Assembly: GCF_016433145.1 (NCBI RefSeq)
Contig: NC_058133.1
Span: 194,560,625-194,624,624 of the forward strand
DNA from: Gracilinanus agilis
Taxonomy: Eukaryota
Direction: 5' to 3'
DNA: 64,000 nt
Positions 38,942 to 49,926 of this stretch are shown here, one piece after another; position 1 is the first letter of the stretch; every line of letters starts with the position of its first letter. Made by a program: the position numbers and the translations under genes. The notes beneath the pieces were generated by a model that was not told the origin of the DNA, searched no databases, and saw only the letters and a program-made list of their open reading frames with translations.

Positions 38942-40689
38942 TAGTTTTGTTTGTATATACATTACCTAGCATAATGTTTAGATGAATTTGAATGGAATTG
39001 GCTCAGTAGGAGGAATACCTTGATGTATTATTTGACTATAGAAATAACAGGTAACATTCAAATTTAGCTGTCTACCTTTTTCTTCTTTTTCATCTAAATG
39101 TTTACTGAGCACCAACTCTAACTTAAGCCTGAGAAACTTTGGAGGACACTTTTCCTACTATTTCACTTTTCCACTATTCTGCTCTTCTCCAACTTCTAGG
39201 GATGCCTAACTATTAGAAGTTGTTTCTAAGTAGCAGCTTCTAGGAGAACCATGTATACAGTAACAGAAATGATGATCAAGTATGAAGGACTAAACCATTA
39301 TCAGCATCATAAATTTCCAAGATAACCACGAGGAATTCATGGTAAGTGCTATCCACAGTCAAATAAAACCTTTTGGAGTCTAAGTACAGATCAAAGCATG
39401 CCATCTTCCACTTTATTTCCTTCATGATATTTTTATTGTATGCATGATACATGCTTTTTATCATGATATGAGCAATATGGAAATATATATTGCATGAAAG
39501 TATTAGTATAACCTATATCAAACGATTTTACCACCTGGGAAGATAGGGAGAAAATTGAATCCTAAAATATCAGAAGACAATTGTCACAAATCATTTCTAC
39601 ATGTAACTGCAAAAAAAAAAAATCAAAGTGCTATTTAAAAAAAAAGCAGCTTCTAAAACTCTCCTTCACCTTCTCCAGTTTGTTGGAATTTCACACCTAT
39701 ATAAATTACACTCAGAATTGTTCAAGAACATCTTGAATTATTTGTGTAACACAATTTAAAAGAGAAAAAATGTCTATCTGTTAAGACTCTAGAATTTTCT
39801 TGGCAGTCATTGTGGATTGTTAAATGTGATGACTTGAGAAAAACTGAGAAGACAGAAAGGATGAAAACGACTTTTTTTTTCTGGAAGAGAAGCATTTGAA
39901 TCCTACTTTGCTAAGAGAGTGACAAGAATTATTGAAAAGAGATTTTAATTGGCATTGGAGTGAACTGAGTGGTGGGAATGTGATTTTGTGATTGGGATTG
40001 TGAAGTCACTAGTTAAAGTGATGGTGAGAGGTGACTGACTGCCATCATCTTTCTCATAGCTGAAACATTGTAAATAATCACTTATGTCTTTAAGCCACCT
40101 GTTACTCTGCTAATAAATTGCAAAGCCAGTAATTTTGATATTTTTAAAAGCCTACTTAAGAAATGAGAACATTTCCTTTGCTTGACTCCTATGCTGGTTC
40201 TTCAACCAGGTTATACTCATTAACTGTGGGTATTTCTCCGAAGGTCCTTCTGTCCTCAGCCCTCTTCTCCTCTACATTACATCACTTGATTTCATCAAAT
40301 CCAGTGGATTCAATGACCAGTTCTATGCAGAAAATTCTTACATCCACTCATCACAATATCACATCACAGCCTTTCCCCCTGATCTCTATTACCTACTGCA
40401 TGTTGAACTGGATGGTATATAGTCAATGCAAATTCAACCCATCCAAAACAGAAACCTGTTATCTTTCCTCCAAAGCCCTCCTCTCTTCCCAGATTCCCTG
40501 TCATTACTGAGGGCACCACCATCACCCTTATTATCTATGGTTCATTAGCTAAATGTAATCTTCAACTTCTTACTTGCATTCACCTCACAATCAGTCTTTC
40601 CCTGGAAGGTCACAAGAACTTGGCCCTATTCTAAAGACTATTTGTCTTAACTTTAGAGAACAGGGAGGGCCTTTGAGGATGAAAACCCA

Positions 40690-41450
40690 AACTTGAATGA
40701 TGACCTCGCTCTACGAACAATAAGCCAGCTAACATGACCGCGTTCACAGTGGTGCTGGGTAAAGACGCAATTTGGAGACACCACACTTTCTGATTAGAAG
40801 TGGGTAATGACACGCAATAATAATTAATCGAAGGGCGTGGCTTAGGCCTGCTACCAGAAGGTTGCTACAGCTGGGATAAAAACGGAGACAAAAATGGAAG
40901 GGGAAGGGCTGTGTGACGTAAAATAAGTGCGCCATGATGTCCGGGAAACGCCGCAGAGCGTCACAAGGCCGCAGGTCTCCTTTCCCGCACTCCCCACCAC
41001 CCCATCCCGCCCCTCGCTGGCCTGCTCAGCCATCGCAGCGTGATGACGCACTCCCGGAAGTGGCGCTCTAGTCCAGGTAATAAAGACCGAGGCGGCCTCG
41101 GGAGAAAGAGGCTTGGGACTGTTTTTCTATCCATAGTCTCTTCTTTCCCGGTCCCCGGAGCCGTCCGGAACTTCCCCCGAAAGAAGAGCAGGTCGTCATG
41201 GGAGGTGGAGATCTGGTGAGGCGAAAGGAGTCCTGGGCTGGGCTGGGCTGAGTTGGGCTGGGGAAGGGTGGGGGAGGGGGGAACTGGTAACCATGGCAAC
41301 GGAGGAATGCGGGGGGCGAGGGGAGAGGGAAAGGACTGTTTGACCTTGGCGCAGAGGGGCTGAGGCCGAAATCCTGCTGTGAGGGTTAAGGAGAGGAAAA
41401 AGGAGGGAGGGCAGAGGAAACTGCGGAGACTGAACTCGTCCCTCAAAAGT
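40690..41450 (+). promoter_or_regulatory. CWC25: CWC25 CpG-island promoter
   Basis: CpG-rich. ETS site CCGGAAGTG at 41054-62; CRE-like TGACGTAA at ~40914 and TGACGCA at 41044-50; X-box-like GTAACCATGGCAAC at 41287-41300. Confidence 0.82.
41198..41215 (+). CDS. CWC25: Pre-mRNA splicing factor CWC25, coding exon 1
   Basis: ATG GGA GGT GGA GAT CTG (MGGGDL) with GTGAG donor at 41216. Confidence 0.93.
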
Positions 41451-43885
41451 AGTTTGGCTCTTATTGTTAAGCGCCTACTGTGTGCTAAGTGCTGGGGGTA
41501 CAAAGAAAGGTAAAAAGTCAGTCCCTACCCTTTAGAAACTCACAGTCTAATAGGGGAGACAACATGCGAACGGTTGCATAAAGCAATCTGTGGACAGCAG
41601 CAGTGATTTGGCTTATGAGTTGAGAAGAAGGGAGAAAATTAAAGGGAGGGGGCACCCCTGGGCAGAGAGAGGGGAGACATGAGAGACAAGACACCTAGAG
41701 AGAACATCTTGCTCCTCCAAAGAAAGTAAGGTGGCCTCTGCGAATCTGAGGTGGTAGCATTAAGAGGAAGTGGCCAGCTCTCCCGAGGCCCCAGGATGAT
41801 TGCCTCAGTTACTGTTATCCCCTTTCTCCATCTTCCCATTCTCTTCAGGCATATCTTACTCTCTTTTCTCCTCTTTGAGTTTTCCTTCACATCATGCTAC
41901 CAGATGAATCTTCCCCAGGCACAAACCTCATCCTATCACTTTTCTTCAGAATCCCATTCAGTGATTTCCTATTGCTGGTCAAATAAACACCAGACTTTCC
42001 TTCAACTGTCTGAAGTGCCAATTTTGTAGCCTTGTTGTTTAATCTTATTCCCCACTGTCTGTCGTACATTCTAACCAAACTTGACTTCACACTGTCCATA
42101 TTATTATCCCCCTTAAATATCTCTTTTTTGGGAGGGAGGTGAGCTGACACATTTTCTCATACTCTTTCCTCTATGTTATTTACTGATTAGCTCCACTATA
42201 TATGGAACATCCTTTCTTAAAGTCCATATTGGTAAGAGTTGAAGTCCTAGTCATCATTTGAAACACTTTAAATTTTACTTTCTTTATGAAAGTTTGCTTG
42301 CTCTTTCTAGTTGGAATTGATCTTTTAATTTAGCAAACATTTATTAAACTCCCTTTGTGGGCAGAGCACTGTTAATCCCTGAAGGAAAAACATTTAACCA
42401 AGACATGCATGGTTCTTGCATTCCTAGAACTTTTAATCTAGTAGGAAAGAGGAAAAGACACAGATAATAACATAAGTTTATTAGAGAGCTGCAAAATTGC
42501 TCTTTTGAGAGCCAAAAAAAAAGAAGGTTGTTACTGAGTTTGGGAAACAGAGAAGGCGTTATTATGATATTTGAGTTGGAAAAGCTGACTGTTAAGAGGT
42601 GACTGGTATTTATGGAAGGCTCTGTTAAGGAATGGCTGACATTTGTAGGATAGTAGTTATTAAACATTCATTAAGTGCCTGCTATGAGCCTGGCAATGTG
42701 CTAAGCCTTGGGGGGGATAGAGACTGTTCAGTTCTGATCTAGAATCAATCACCTCAATTTAGGCTTGGTCTTATTTGAATGGTCTTGGCTCCCTTGCCAA
42801 AGACGTTGAGAGATTGTGTTACAGAAACACTGAACAGTACATAAAATGTTATTATTATTATTATTGTCAGGAAGGAAACCTTGAAAACCCAGTTTAGCCG
42901 AGTACAAACTCAAATCCCCTTTGCAAGTTGTTCTCATTACAAAGGCTGCCTTTGCTAATTTTGGTATCCCTACAAAAGAAAGGCTTGGACCTCATAATAC
43001 TTTATACTTTTCCACATTATTTTGTCTTGTTTTGCTTTGTTTTGTAGCTTTTTGTAAATGCCTTTAAATATACTCCACAGGAGAAAATATTGTCTTTTTT
43101 TGTAGCTCTTTGGCACCTGTGGCATATAGTTTGTAATTAATAAGTGTTTGTTGAACTGAATTGATGTTTAAGTGAGGAGGATTTTTAGCTATCTTAAAGC
43201 CATCTAAGTTTTTTTTTTAAACCCTTACCTTCTATCTTACAATTGATACTGTGTCATTTATAAGGAAGAATTGTGGTAAAGGCTAGGCAATTGAGGTTAA
43301 GTGACTTGCTCAGGTTCACACAGCTAGGAAGTATCTGAAGCCAAGTTTGAACCCAAGACCTCCTGTCTCTAGGACTGGCTCTCTACCTACTAAGCCACCT
43401 ACCTGCCCCCTACATGCTTTTTATGACAACCTGAGAAGGACTCTATTTATCCTTGAACTCGGTGCACCTTATCCAAAACTCCATAGGTGTGTTGGAGATG
43501 CAACTTTTATTTTTCTGACTGAGATTGTTTTTAGGAGAAAGGGATTATAGTTGCCTTTTTGCTGTCTTCAGTCATCTGAAGCTTTGCCAACTTTGCCAGG
43601 CACTGGCTTAGAGCAGACCCCATAAAGAAAGGCCAAAGGGGCAGCTAGGTGGCTTAGTGGATAGAGAACCGGGGTTCAGATCTGACCTCATAGACTTCCT
43701 AGCTGTGTGACCCTGGACAAGTCACTTAATCTCAATTGCCTAGCCTTTATTGTTCTTCAGCCTTCCATTCTAAGACAGAAAATAAAGGTTTAAAAAGAAA
43801 AAAGCAAAAACAAAAACAATCTTGACCCTCTGAGGGTTTCCATTTTAACAGGAGGAATAACATACAAATAAAAAGTTGCCTACAG

Positions 43886-44064
43886 GGGCAGCTGGGTAGT
43901 TCAGTGGATTGAGAGTCAGGCCTAGAGATGGGAGGTCCTAGGTTCAAATCTGGCCTCAGACACTTCCCAGCTGTGTGACCCTGGGCATGTCACTTGACCC
44001 CCATTGCCCACCCTTACCACTCTTCCATCAAGGAGCCAATATACAGAAGTTAAGGGTTTAAAAA
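43886..44064 (+). mobile_element. SINE1_Mdo-like SINE, young
   Basis: Perfect 16-bp TSD AAAAAGTTGCCTACAG at 43870-85 and 44065-80. Confidence 0.92.
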
Positions 44065-44361
44065 AAAAAGTTGCCTACAGAATAGAAGAGAGATAAACTT
44101 AGAGGGGAAGGCTCAGTGCTAAGAAAGCCATTCTGCAGAGGGTAGAGCTTGAATTGAGTCCCCCAAAAAAGCAAGAGATGTTAGGAAATTGAGATGAGGG
44201 AGAGTATTCCAAACTTAAAGGGCAGAAGGTGCATTGTCACATGTGAGTATCAGGCAGGCCAAAGGTGCTCGATTTCATGGAAGGAATAACCTGAGAAGAG
44301 GCTTGAAAGGTAGGAAGGGCCCAGATGTTATGAAGAGCCTTAAATGGCAAATGCAAACATT

Positions 44362-44580
44362 ATTTATTTGTTTGTTTGTTTTTTAAATAAAGCCTTACCT
44401 TCAGTCTTGGAGTCAATACTGTGTATTGGCTCCAAGGCAGAAGAGTGGTAAGGGTAGGCAATGGAGGTCAAGTGACTTGCCCAGGGTCACGCAGCTAGGA
44501 AGTGTCTGAGGCTAGATTTGAACCTAGGACATCCTGTCTCTAGGCCTGACTCTCAATCCACTGAGCCACCTGGCTGCCCC
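44362..44580 (-). mobile_element. SINE1_Mdo-like SINE
   Basis: TSD TGCAAACATT at 44352-61 and 44581-90. Confidence 0.9.
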
Positions 44581-44945
44581 TGCAAACATTTTTTAATTGA
44601 TTGAAGATGTTAATAGGGAGCCACTGAAAGTTATTGAGAAAGGGTGGAGGGGGAACATGGTCAGACCTTATTCTAAGGAAAAATCACTTTGACAAGCTAT
44701 GTGAAAGATAGGTGAAATGGCAAAAAGACTTGAAGAAGATGTAAGACCAGTTAGAAATTCAGTACAATAGCCCAGGTCAGAGCTTATTAGGGCCTGAACT
44801 AAGTTGGTGGTTGGGTGGTAGAGAGAAGAGAGAGGTAATAAGATATGGCAAATGCTTGATTGGATTTATGATATGGGAGAAAGTGAATAATAAGGAATAA
44901 TACTAATATATCAAACCTCAGGAATTGGGAAGATGGTAGTACTTT

Positions 44946-45159
44946 TTTTTTTTTTTTTCCCCTCAAACCCTTACCTTCTATCTTAGAGTTAATACTTATA
45001 TTGGTTCCAAGGCAGAAGAGTGTTAAGGGTTTGGCAATGGGGGTTAAGTGACCTGCCCAGGTCACAAAGCTAGGAAGTATCTGAGGCCAGATTTAAATCC
45101 AGGACTTCCCTTCTCCAGGCCTGGCTCTCAATCCACTGAGCCAGCTACCTGCCTCTAGA
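44946..45159 (-). mobile_element. SINE1_Mdo-like SINE
   Basis: TSD ATGGTAGTACTTT at 44933-45 and 45160-72. Confidence 0.9.
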
Positions 45160-45800
45160 ATGGTAGTACTTTAAAACATTTTTTTTATTAAGGAAAAAAT
45201 TTTTTAATTTTCTGGGTTAAAAAATGGAATAATATGGAAATATTTTGCATGATATACACGTATAACCCAGATTGAATTGCTTGTCAGCTCTGGGAGTGGG
45301 GAGGGAAAAAGGGAGGGAGACAATATGAATCATATGACTTTGGAAAACTTATGTGCAAATTTGTTATTAAAATAAAAAAATTTTTAAATTAAAAATTGGA
45401 AGAAAAAACCCAAAACATACACCCAAATAAAGAAGTGATAAATCATGTTTTCATTTGCATTCCTACTCCAACAGTTCTTTCTTTGGAGATAGGTAGCATT
45501 CTTTTTCATAATCCCTCAGAATTGTCCTGGATCAATGTGTTGCTGAGAGTAGTTAAGCCTTTCACAGTTGATCGTCACACAATATTGCTGTTACTGTGTA
45601 CGGTGTTCTCCAGCTTCTGCTTATTTCATTCTGCATCAGTTCATGAAGGGCTTTCCAGCTCTTTCTGAAATCATTCTGTTCATCATTCCTTATAGCACAA
45701 TAGTATTCTATCACTATCATATACCACAATTTGTTCAGCCATTTCCCAATTGAAGGACCTCCCTTTAATTTCCAATTCTTTGCCAAATGGTGATACTCTT

Positions 45801-46014
45801 TTTTTTTTTGTAGGGTTTTTTTTTTTTTTTAAATTTTAAACCCTTAACTTCTGTGTATTAGTTCCTTGGTGGAAGAGTGGTAAGGGTAGGCAATGGGGGT
45901 CAAGTGACTTGCCCAGGGTCACACAGCTGGGAAGTGTCTGAGGCCAGATTTGAACCTAGGACCTCTAGTCTCTAGGCCTGGCTCTCAATCCACTGAGCTA
46001 CCCAGCTGCCCCCT
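45801..46014 (-). mobile_element. SINE1_Mdo-like SINE, young
   Basis: Perfect 16-bp TSD AAATGGTGATACTCTT at 45785-800 and 46015-30. Confidence 0.92.
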
Positions 46015-46267
46015 AAATGGTGATACTCTTAATAGAACAATGGAAGTTCAGAGGAGGATAGAGTTTTGGGGAAAATATAATGAATTTCTATTTTGGACTT
46101 GTTGGATTTGATGTGCCTACGAGACATCCAGTTTGAAATGCCTGTTAATAGGAGTTTGGAGATTTGGGATTAGAGCTCAGAAGAGACAGATATCTAAATA
46201 TGGGAGTTATCTGCATGGAGATGATAAAGGTCTGCCTGTTCTCTCTGCTCTCTCCTTTTGACTGCAG

Positions 46268-46440
46268 AATCTGAAGAAGAGCTGGCATCCACAGACCCTC
46301 CGAAATGTGGAGAAAGTGTGGAAGGCAGAGCAGAAACATGAGGCAGAACGGAAAAAGATTGAGGAGCTACAGCGGGAGCTTCGGGAAGAAAGAGCTCGAG
46401 AGGAGATGCAACGCTATGCAGAAGATGTGGGAGCTGTCAA
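46268..46440 (+). CDS. CWC25: CWC25 exon 2
   Basis: CAG acceptor; encodes NLKKSWHPQTLRNVEKVWKAEQKHEAERKKIEELQRELREERAREEMQRYAEDVGAV(K); GTAAGT donor at 46441. Confidence 0.97.
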
Positions 46441-46769
46441 GTAAGTGTTGGAATGTAATATTTGGTGAGAACTTTGGAACAAGGATCTTCTCATGTAGGT
46501 TACCAAATTTGCGTGTTTATTTTCATCTTGGGTTGATTTCCCTCCTGCATTTTGCATTTAGCACTTAACACCTGTGTGTCTTGCACACAAGCGATGTTTA
46601 TATGGAATTCACATAAATGCTCCTTCATTTGGGTAGGATTCACTTTGGGAATGTAGGTTTTTTTTTTATAAAAAAAACTTCCCCCTTCAATTAAAAAACA
46701 AAAACAAAAACAAAACCCCCCTGTAAAAAAATATGCACAGTCAAGCAGAACAAATTTCTGATTGGTCAT

Positions 46770-47430
46770 GTACCAGGCTGGAGTCTGGAAGGCTCAGGAA
46801 ATCTTCCTGAGTTCAAATCTGGCATCAGACACTTACTAGTAGAGAGACTCTGGGCAAGTCACTTAACCCTGTTTGCCTCAGTTTTCTCTTCTGTAAAAAT
46901 GAGTTAGAGAAGGAAATGGCAAACCTCTCTAGGATTTTTACCAAGAAAACATCAAGTGGGATCATGAAGAATCAGACATGACTGAAAAAATATAAATCTC
47001 AGTCTGCATCTCAAGACCATCATCTCTGCCAGGAGCGTGGATAGTGTGCTTTATCACTGGTCCTCTGGAATTGTGGTCAGTCATTGCACAGATCAGAGTG
47101 TTTTAAGTCTTTTAAAGTTATTTGTCCTTTCAATGTTGTTATTATTGTATTCTCCAAGGTTTCTCAGAAATTGTCTCTTATTATTTCTTAACAACATAAT
47201 AAGGCAATTAGGTGGTGAATGAATGGAGTACTATGGTTGGAGTCATAGGAAGATTCATCTTCCCAAGTTCAAACTGGCCTCAGACACTTATTAGCTGGGT
47301 GATCTTGGGCAAGTCACTTAACCCTGTTTGCCCAATTTTTCATCTGTAAAATTAACTGGAGAAGGAAATGCCAAGAAAAACCCAAATGGGTCATGAAAAG
47401 TCTGACATATCTTGATACCACTGAACAACA
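46770..47430 (+). mobile_element. Two MAR1-like SINEs with an intervening L1 3' fragment
   Basis: GGAAGA(T/C)TCATCTTCC..GTTCAAA...GAGAAGGAAATG(G)C..GAAAAC..CAAATGGG signatures at ~46770-46990 and ~47210-47430. Confidence 0.75.
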
Positions 47431-47825
47431 AAAACCACCCCCAGCATTACATTCATATACCATTACTCATTCAATCATTCATAAGCACCTCCTTTGTTTC
47501 CAGATCTTAGTCAGCACTAAAAAGCTGTTATAAATATTTTTGTATATGTATTTCCCTTCTTTCTTTGATCTCTTTGGAATATGGGCTTGATATAGTATCC
47601 CCCAACTAAAGATATAAAGAGTTTAGTAACTTTTGGAGCACATTTCCAAATTACTTTCTGGAATGGCTGAACCAATTTATAGCTTCACCAGTAGAATGTA
47701 GGTTTGTATTAAGAAGCCAATGTAGTATTATAGAACAAGGGAATGGATTAGAATACAGAGTCCTGAATTCTAGGAGTATTTCTCCCACTATTAATCCCAC
47801 AACATGTATTAGAAATACTAAAGAG

Positions 47826-48085
47826 GCGGCAGCCAGGTGGCTCAGTGGCTGGAGAGCCAGGCCTAGAGACGGGAGGTCCTAGGTTCAAATTTGACCTCAG
47901 ACACTTCCTAGCTGTGTGACCCTGGGCAAGTCACTTAACCCACATTGCCTATAACTAACTGCTCTTCTGCCTTAGTACCAATACATAGTAGTGATTTTTT
48001 TTTTTTAACCCTTACTTTCCATCTTAGAATCAATACTCTGCCCCCCATAGTAGTGATTCTAAGATGGAAGATAAGGCTTTAAAAA
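47826..48085 (+). mobile_element. SINE1_Mdo-like SINE containing a nested 49-bp antisense SINE remnant
   Basis: Outer TSD AAATACTAAAGAG at 47813-25 and 48086-98. Inner element 47997-48045 has TSD CATAGTAGTGATT at 47984-96 and 48046-58. Confidence 0.88.
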
Positions 48086-48964
48086 AAATACTAAAGAGTT
48101 GTGTACAGTTTTCTGTTGTGTAAAATGAAGATAACGATTTCTAGTTTCAACCTTATTATTTTGGGAGGATAAAATGAAATGTGAAAAACACAAAATCATG
48201 TAATAGATTCTAAAAGTAAAACCATAAATGATTTTCTAGATTTGTTGTATAGGTGCTTCTGTACCATTATTTTCTTCCACTAGTGCAAATAACTAATAGT
48301 TCACTATGTATGTATGGAGGGGACTCCTATAATCAATTACTATCATAATAGCATTTTTAAAAAAACCTGTTACTTTCTGTCTTAGAATTGATACTAAATA
48401 CCAGTTCCAAGGCAGAAGAGCAGTAAGGGGGTAGGCAATGGAGGCTAAGTGACTTACTCAGTCACATTGCTAGGAAGTATTTGAGGTCAGATTTGAATCC
48501 AAGATCCTACTATATTTGGGCCTGGCTCTCTAGTCAATTAGCTGACCCAGCAATAGCATTTAAAATTTATTTTTTTTTATGAGAATTCAGTTCTTTCCAG
48601 ATCACAAGGGCACAGAAGATGGGGGAGCTTATACTATTGACAACAGACTTCACCTTGAGCAAGTCTCCAGAATGGGTCTGTCATACTTCCCTCATTCGAT
48701 ATGCAGAAAGCTCTTCCTCTTTTATTAGCTGATATTTTTTATTTAATGCAGTAAGCATTTATCAAGTGCTTACTTTGTGCTAGGTACCAGAGATACAAAA
48801 ACAAGAGTGAAATAGTCCTAGACTTCAAGGACTTGGTAATTCTAATGGGGAAAATCATGTACCTAGATAAATAATTTCAGGAGAGGGATGAAAGGACCAT
48901 CAACAAAGGCCTCTTTTTGAAAGAGGTATGTGGGATGAGCCTTGAAAGGAGATAGAGGTTTCTT

Positions 48965-49580
48965 TCTTTTTTTTTTTAATTAAAAAAATTTTTTTAGTTT
49001 TATCATCTTTATTTTTTCTTTTTTTCTTAAAGAAAATTAATTAAAAATATTTTTCCATGGTTACATGATTCATGTTCTTTCCTTCTCCTCACCCCTTTCC
49101 CCTCCTGGAACTGATGAGCAATTCGACTGGGTTTTACAAAACCTATTTCCATATTACTATTTGCAATAGGGTGATTGTTTAGAGTCTACATCGTCAGTCA
49201 TATCTCTGTCAAACCATGTGATCAAGAAAATGTTTTTCTTTTGCGTTTCTATTCCCACAGTTCTTTCTCTAGATGTGGATAGCTTTCTTTCTCATAAGTC
49301 CCTCAGAATTGCTGCTAGTACAGAAGTCCGTTACATTCGATTTTACCACAGTATATCAGTCTCTGTGTACAATGTTCTCCTGGTTCTGCTCCTTTCACTC
49401 TGCATCAATTCCTGAAGGTCATTCCAGTTCACATGGAATTCCTCCATTTCAATATTCCTTTCAGCACAATAGTATCTCATCACCATCAGATATCACAATT
49501 TGTTCAGCTATTCCCCAATCAATGGACATTCCCTTATTTTCCAGTTTTTTGCCACCACACAGAGCACAGCTATGAATATT
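48965..49580 (-). mobile_element. L1 3' end fragment
   Basis: Poly-T followed by sequence homologous to 27690-28280. Confidence 0.85.
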
Positions 49581-49887
49581 TTTGTAGAGATAAAGTTTCA
49601 AGAGGTGGAGGTAAGGAGAGGCAACATTCTGGGTAAGTGCGTCATCCTATGCAAAACCATAGGCACAGGAGATAGACTATCATGTAGTGCATACAGCAAG
49701 TTAGCTGGTTTGGACCTCATAGAAAGTAAAGGGAAGGTGATCTGAAATTAGCTTGGATAAAGAGGTTAGGTTGAGATTATGAAATACTTGAAATGCCATG
49801 CTGAGAGTTTGTGTTTTAATCCTAGAGGCAATAGGAGGAGGTTATTGATGCTTCTTGAATAGGAGAGTGACATGGTTTCATGAACGA

Positions 49888-49926
49888 GATATATATATAT
49901 GCATATATATATATATATATATATAT
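49888..49926. repeat. Interrupted (TA)n microsatellite
   Basis: ATATAT...GC...ATATAT. Confidence 0.85.

Noticed and set aside
41074-41084. CAG/GTAAT donor overlapping AATAAA upstream of the CWC25 ATG, suggesting an extra 5' non-coding exon
   Set aside because: There is no convincing pyrimidine-rich acceptor between it and ATG 41198, and the TSS is unknown.
43886-43960. tRNA-like A/B-box heads in SINEs (many copies) as additional tRNA genes
   Set aside because: They have no cloverleaf or anticodon arm and continue into SINE core, A-tail and TSDs.
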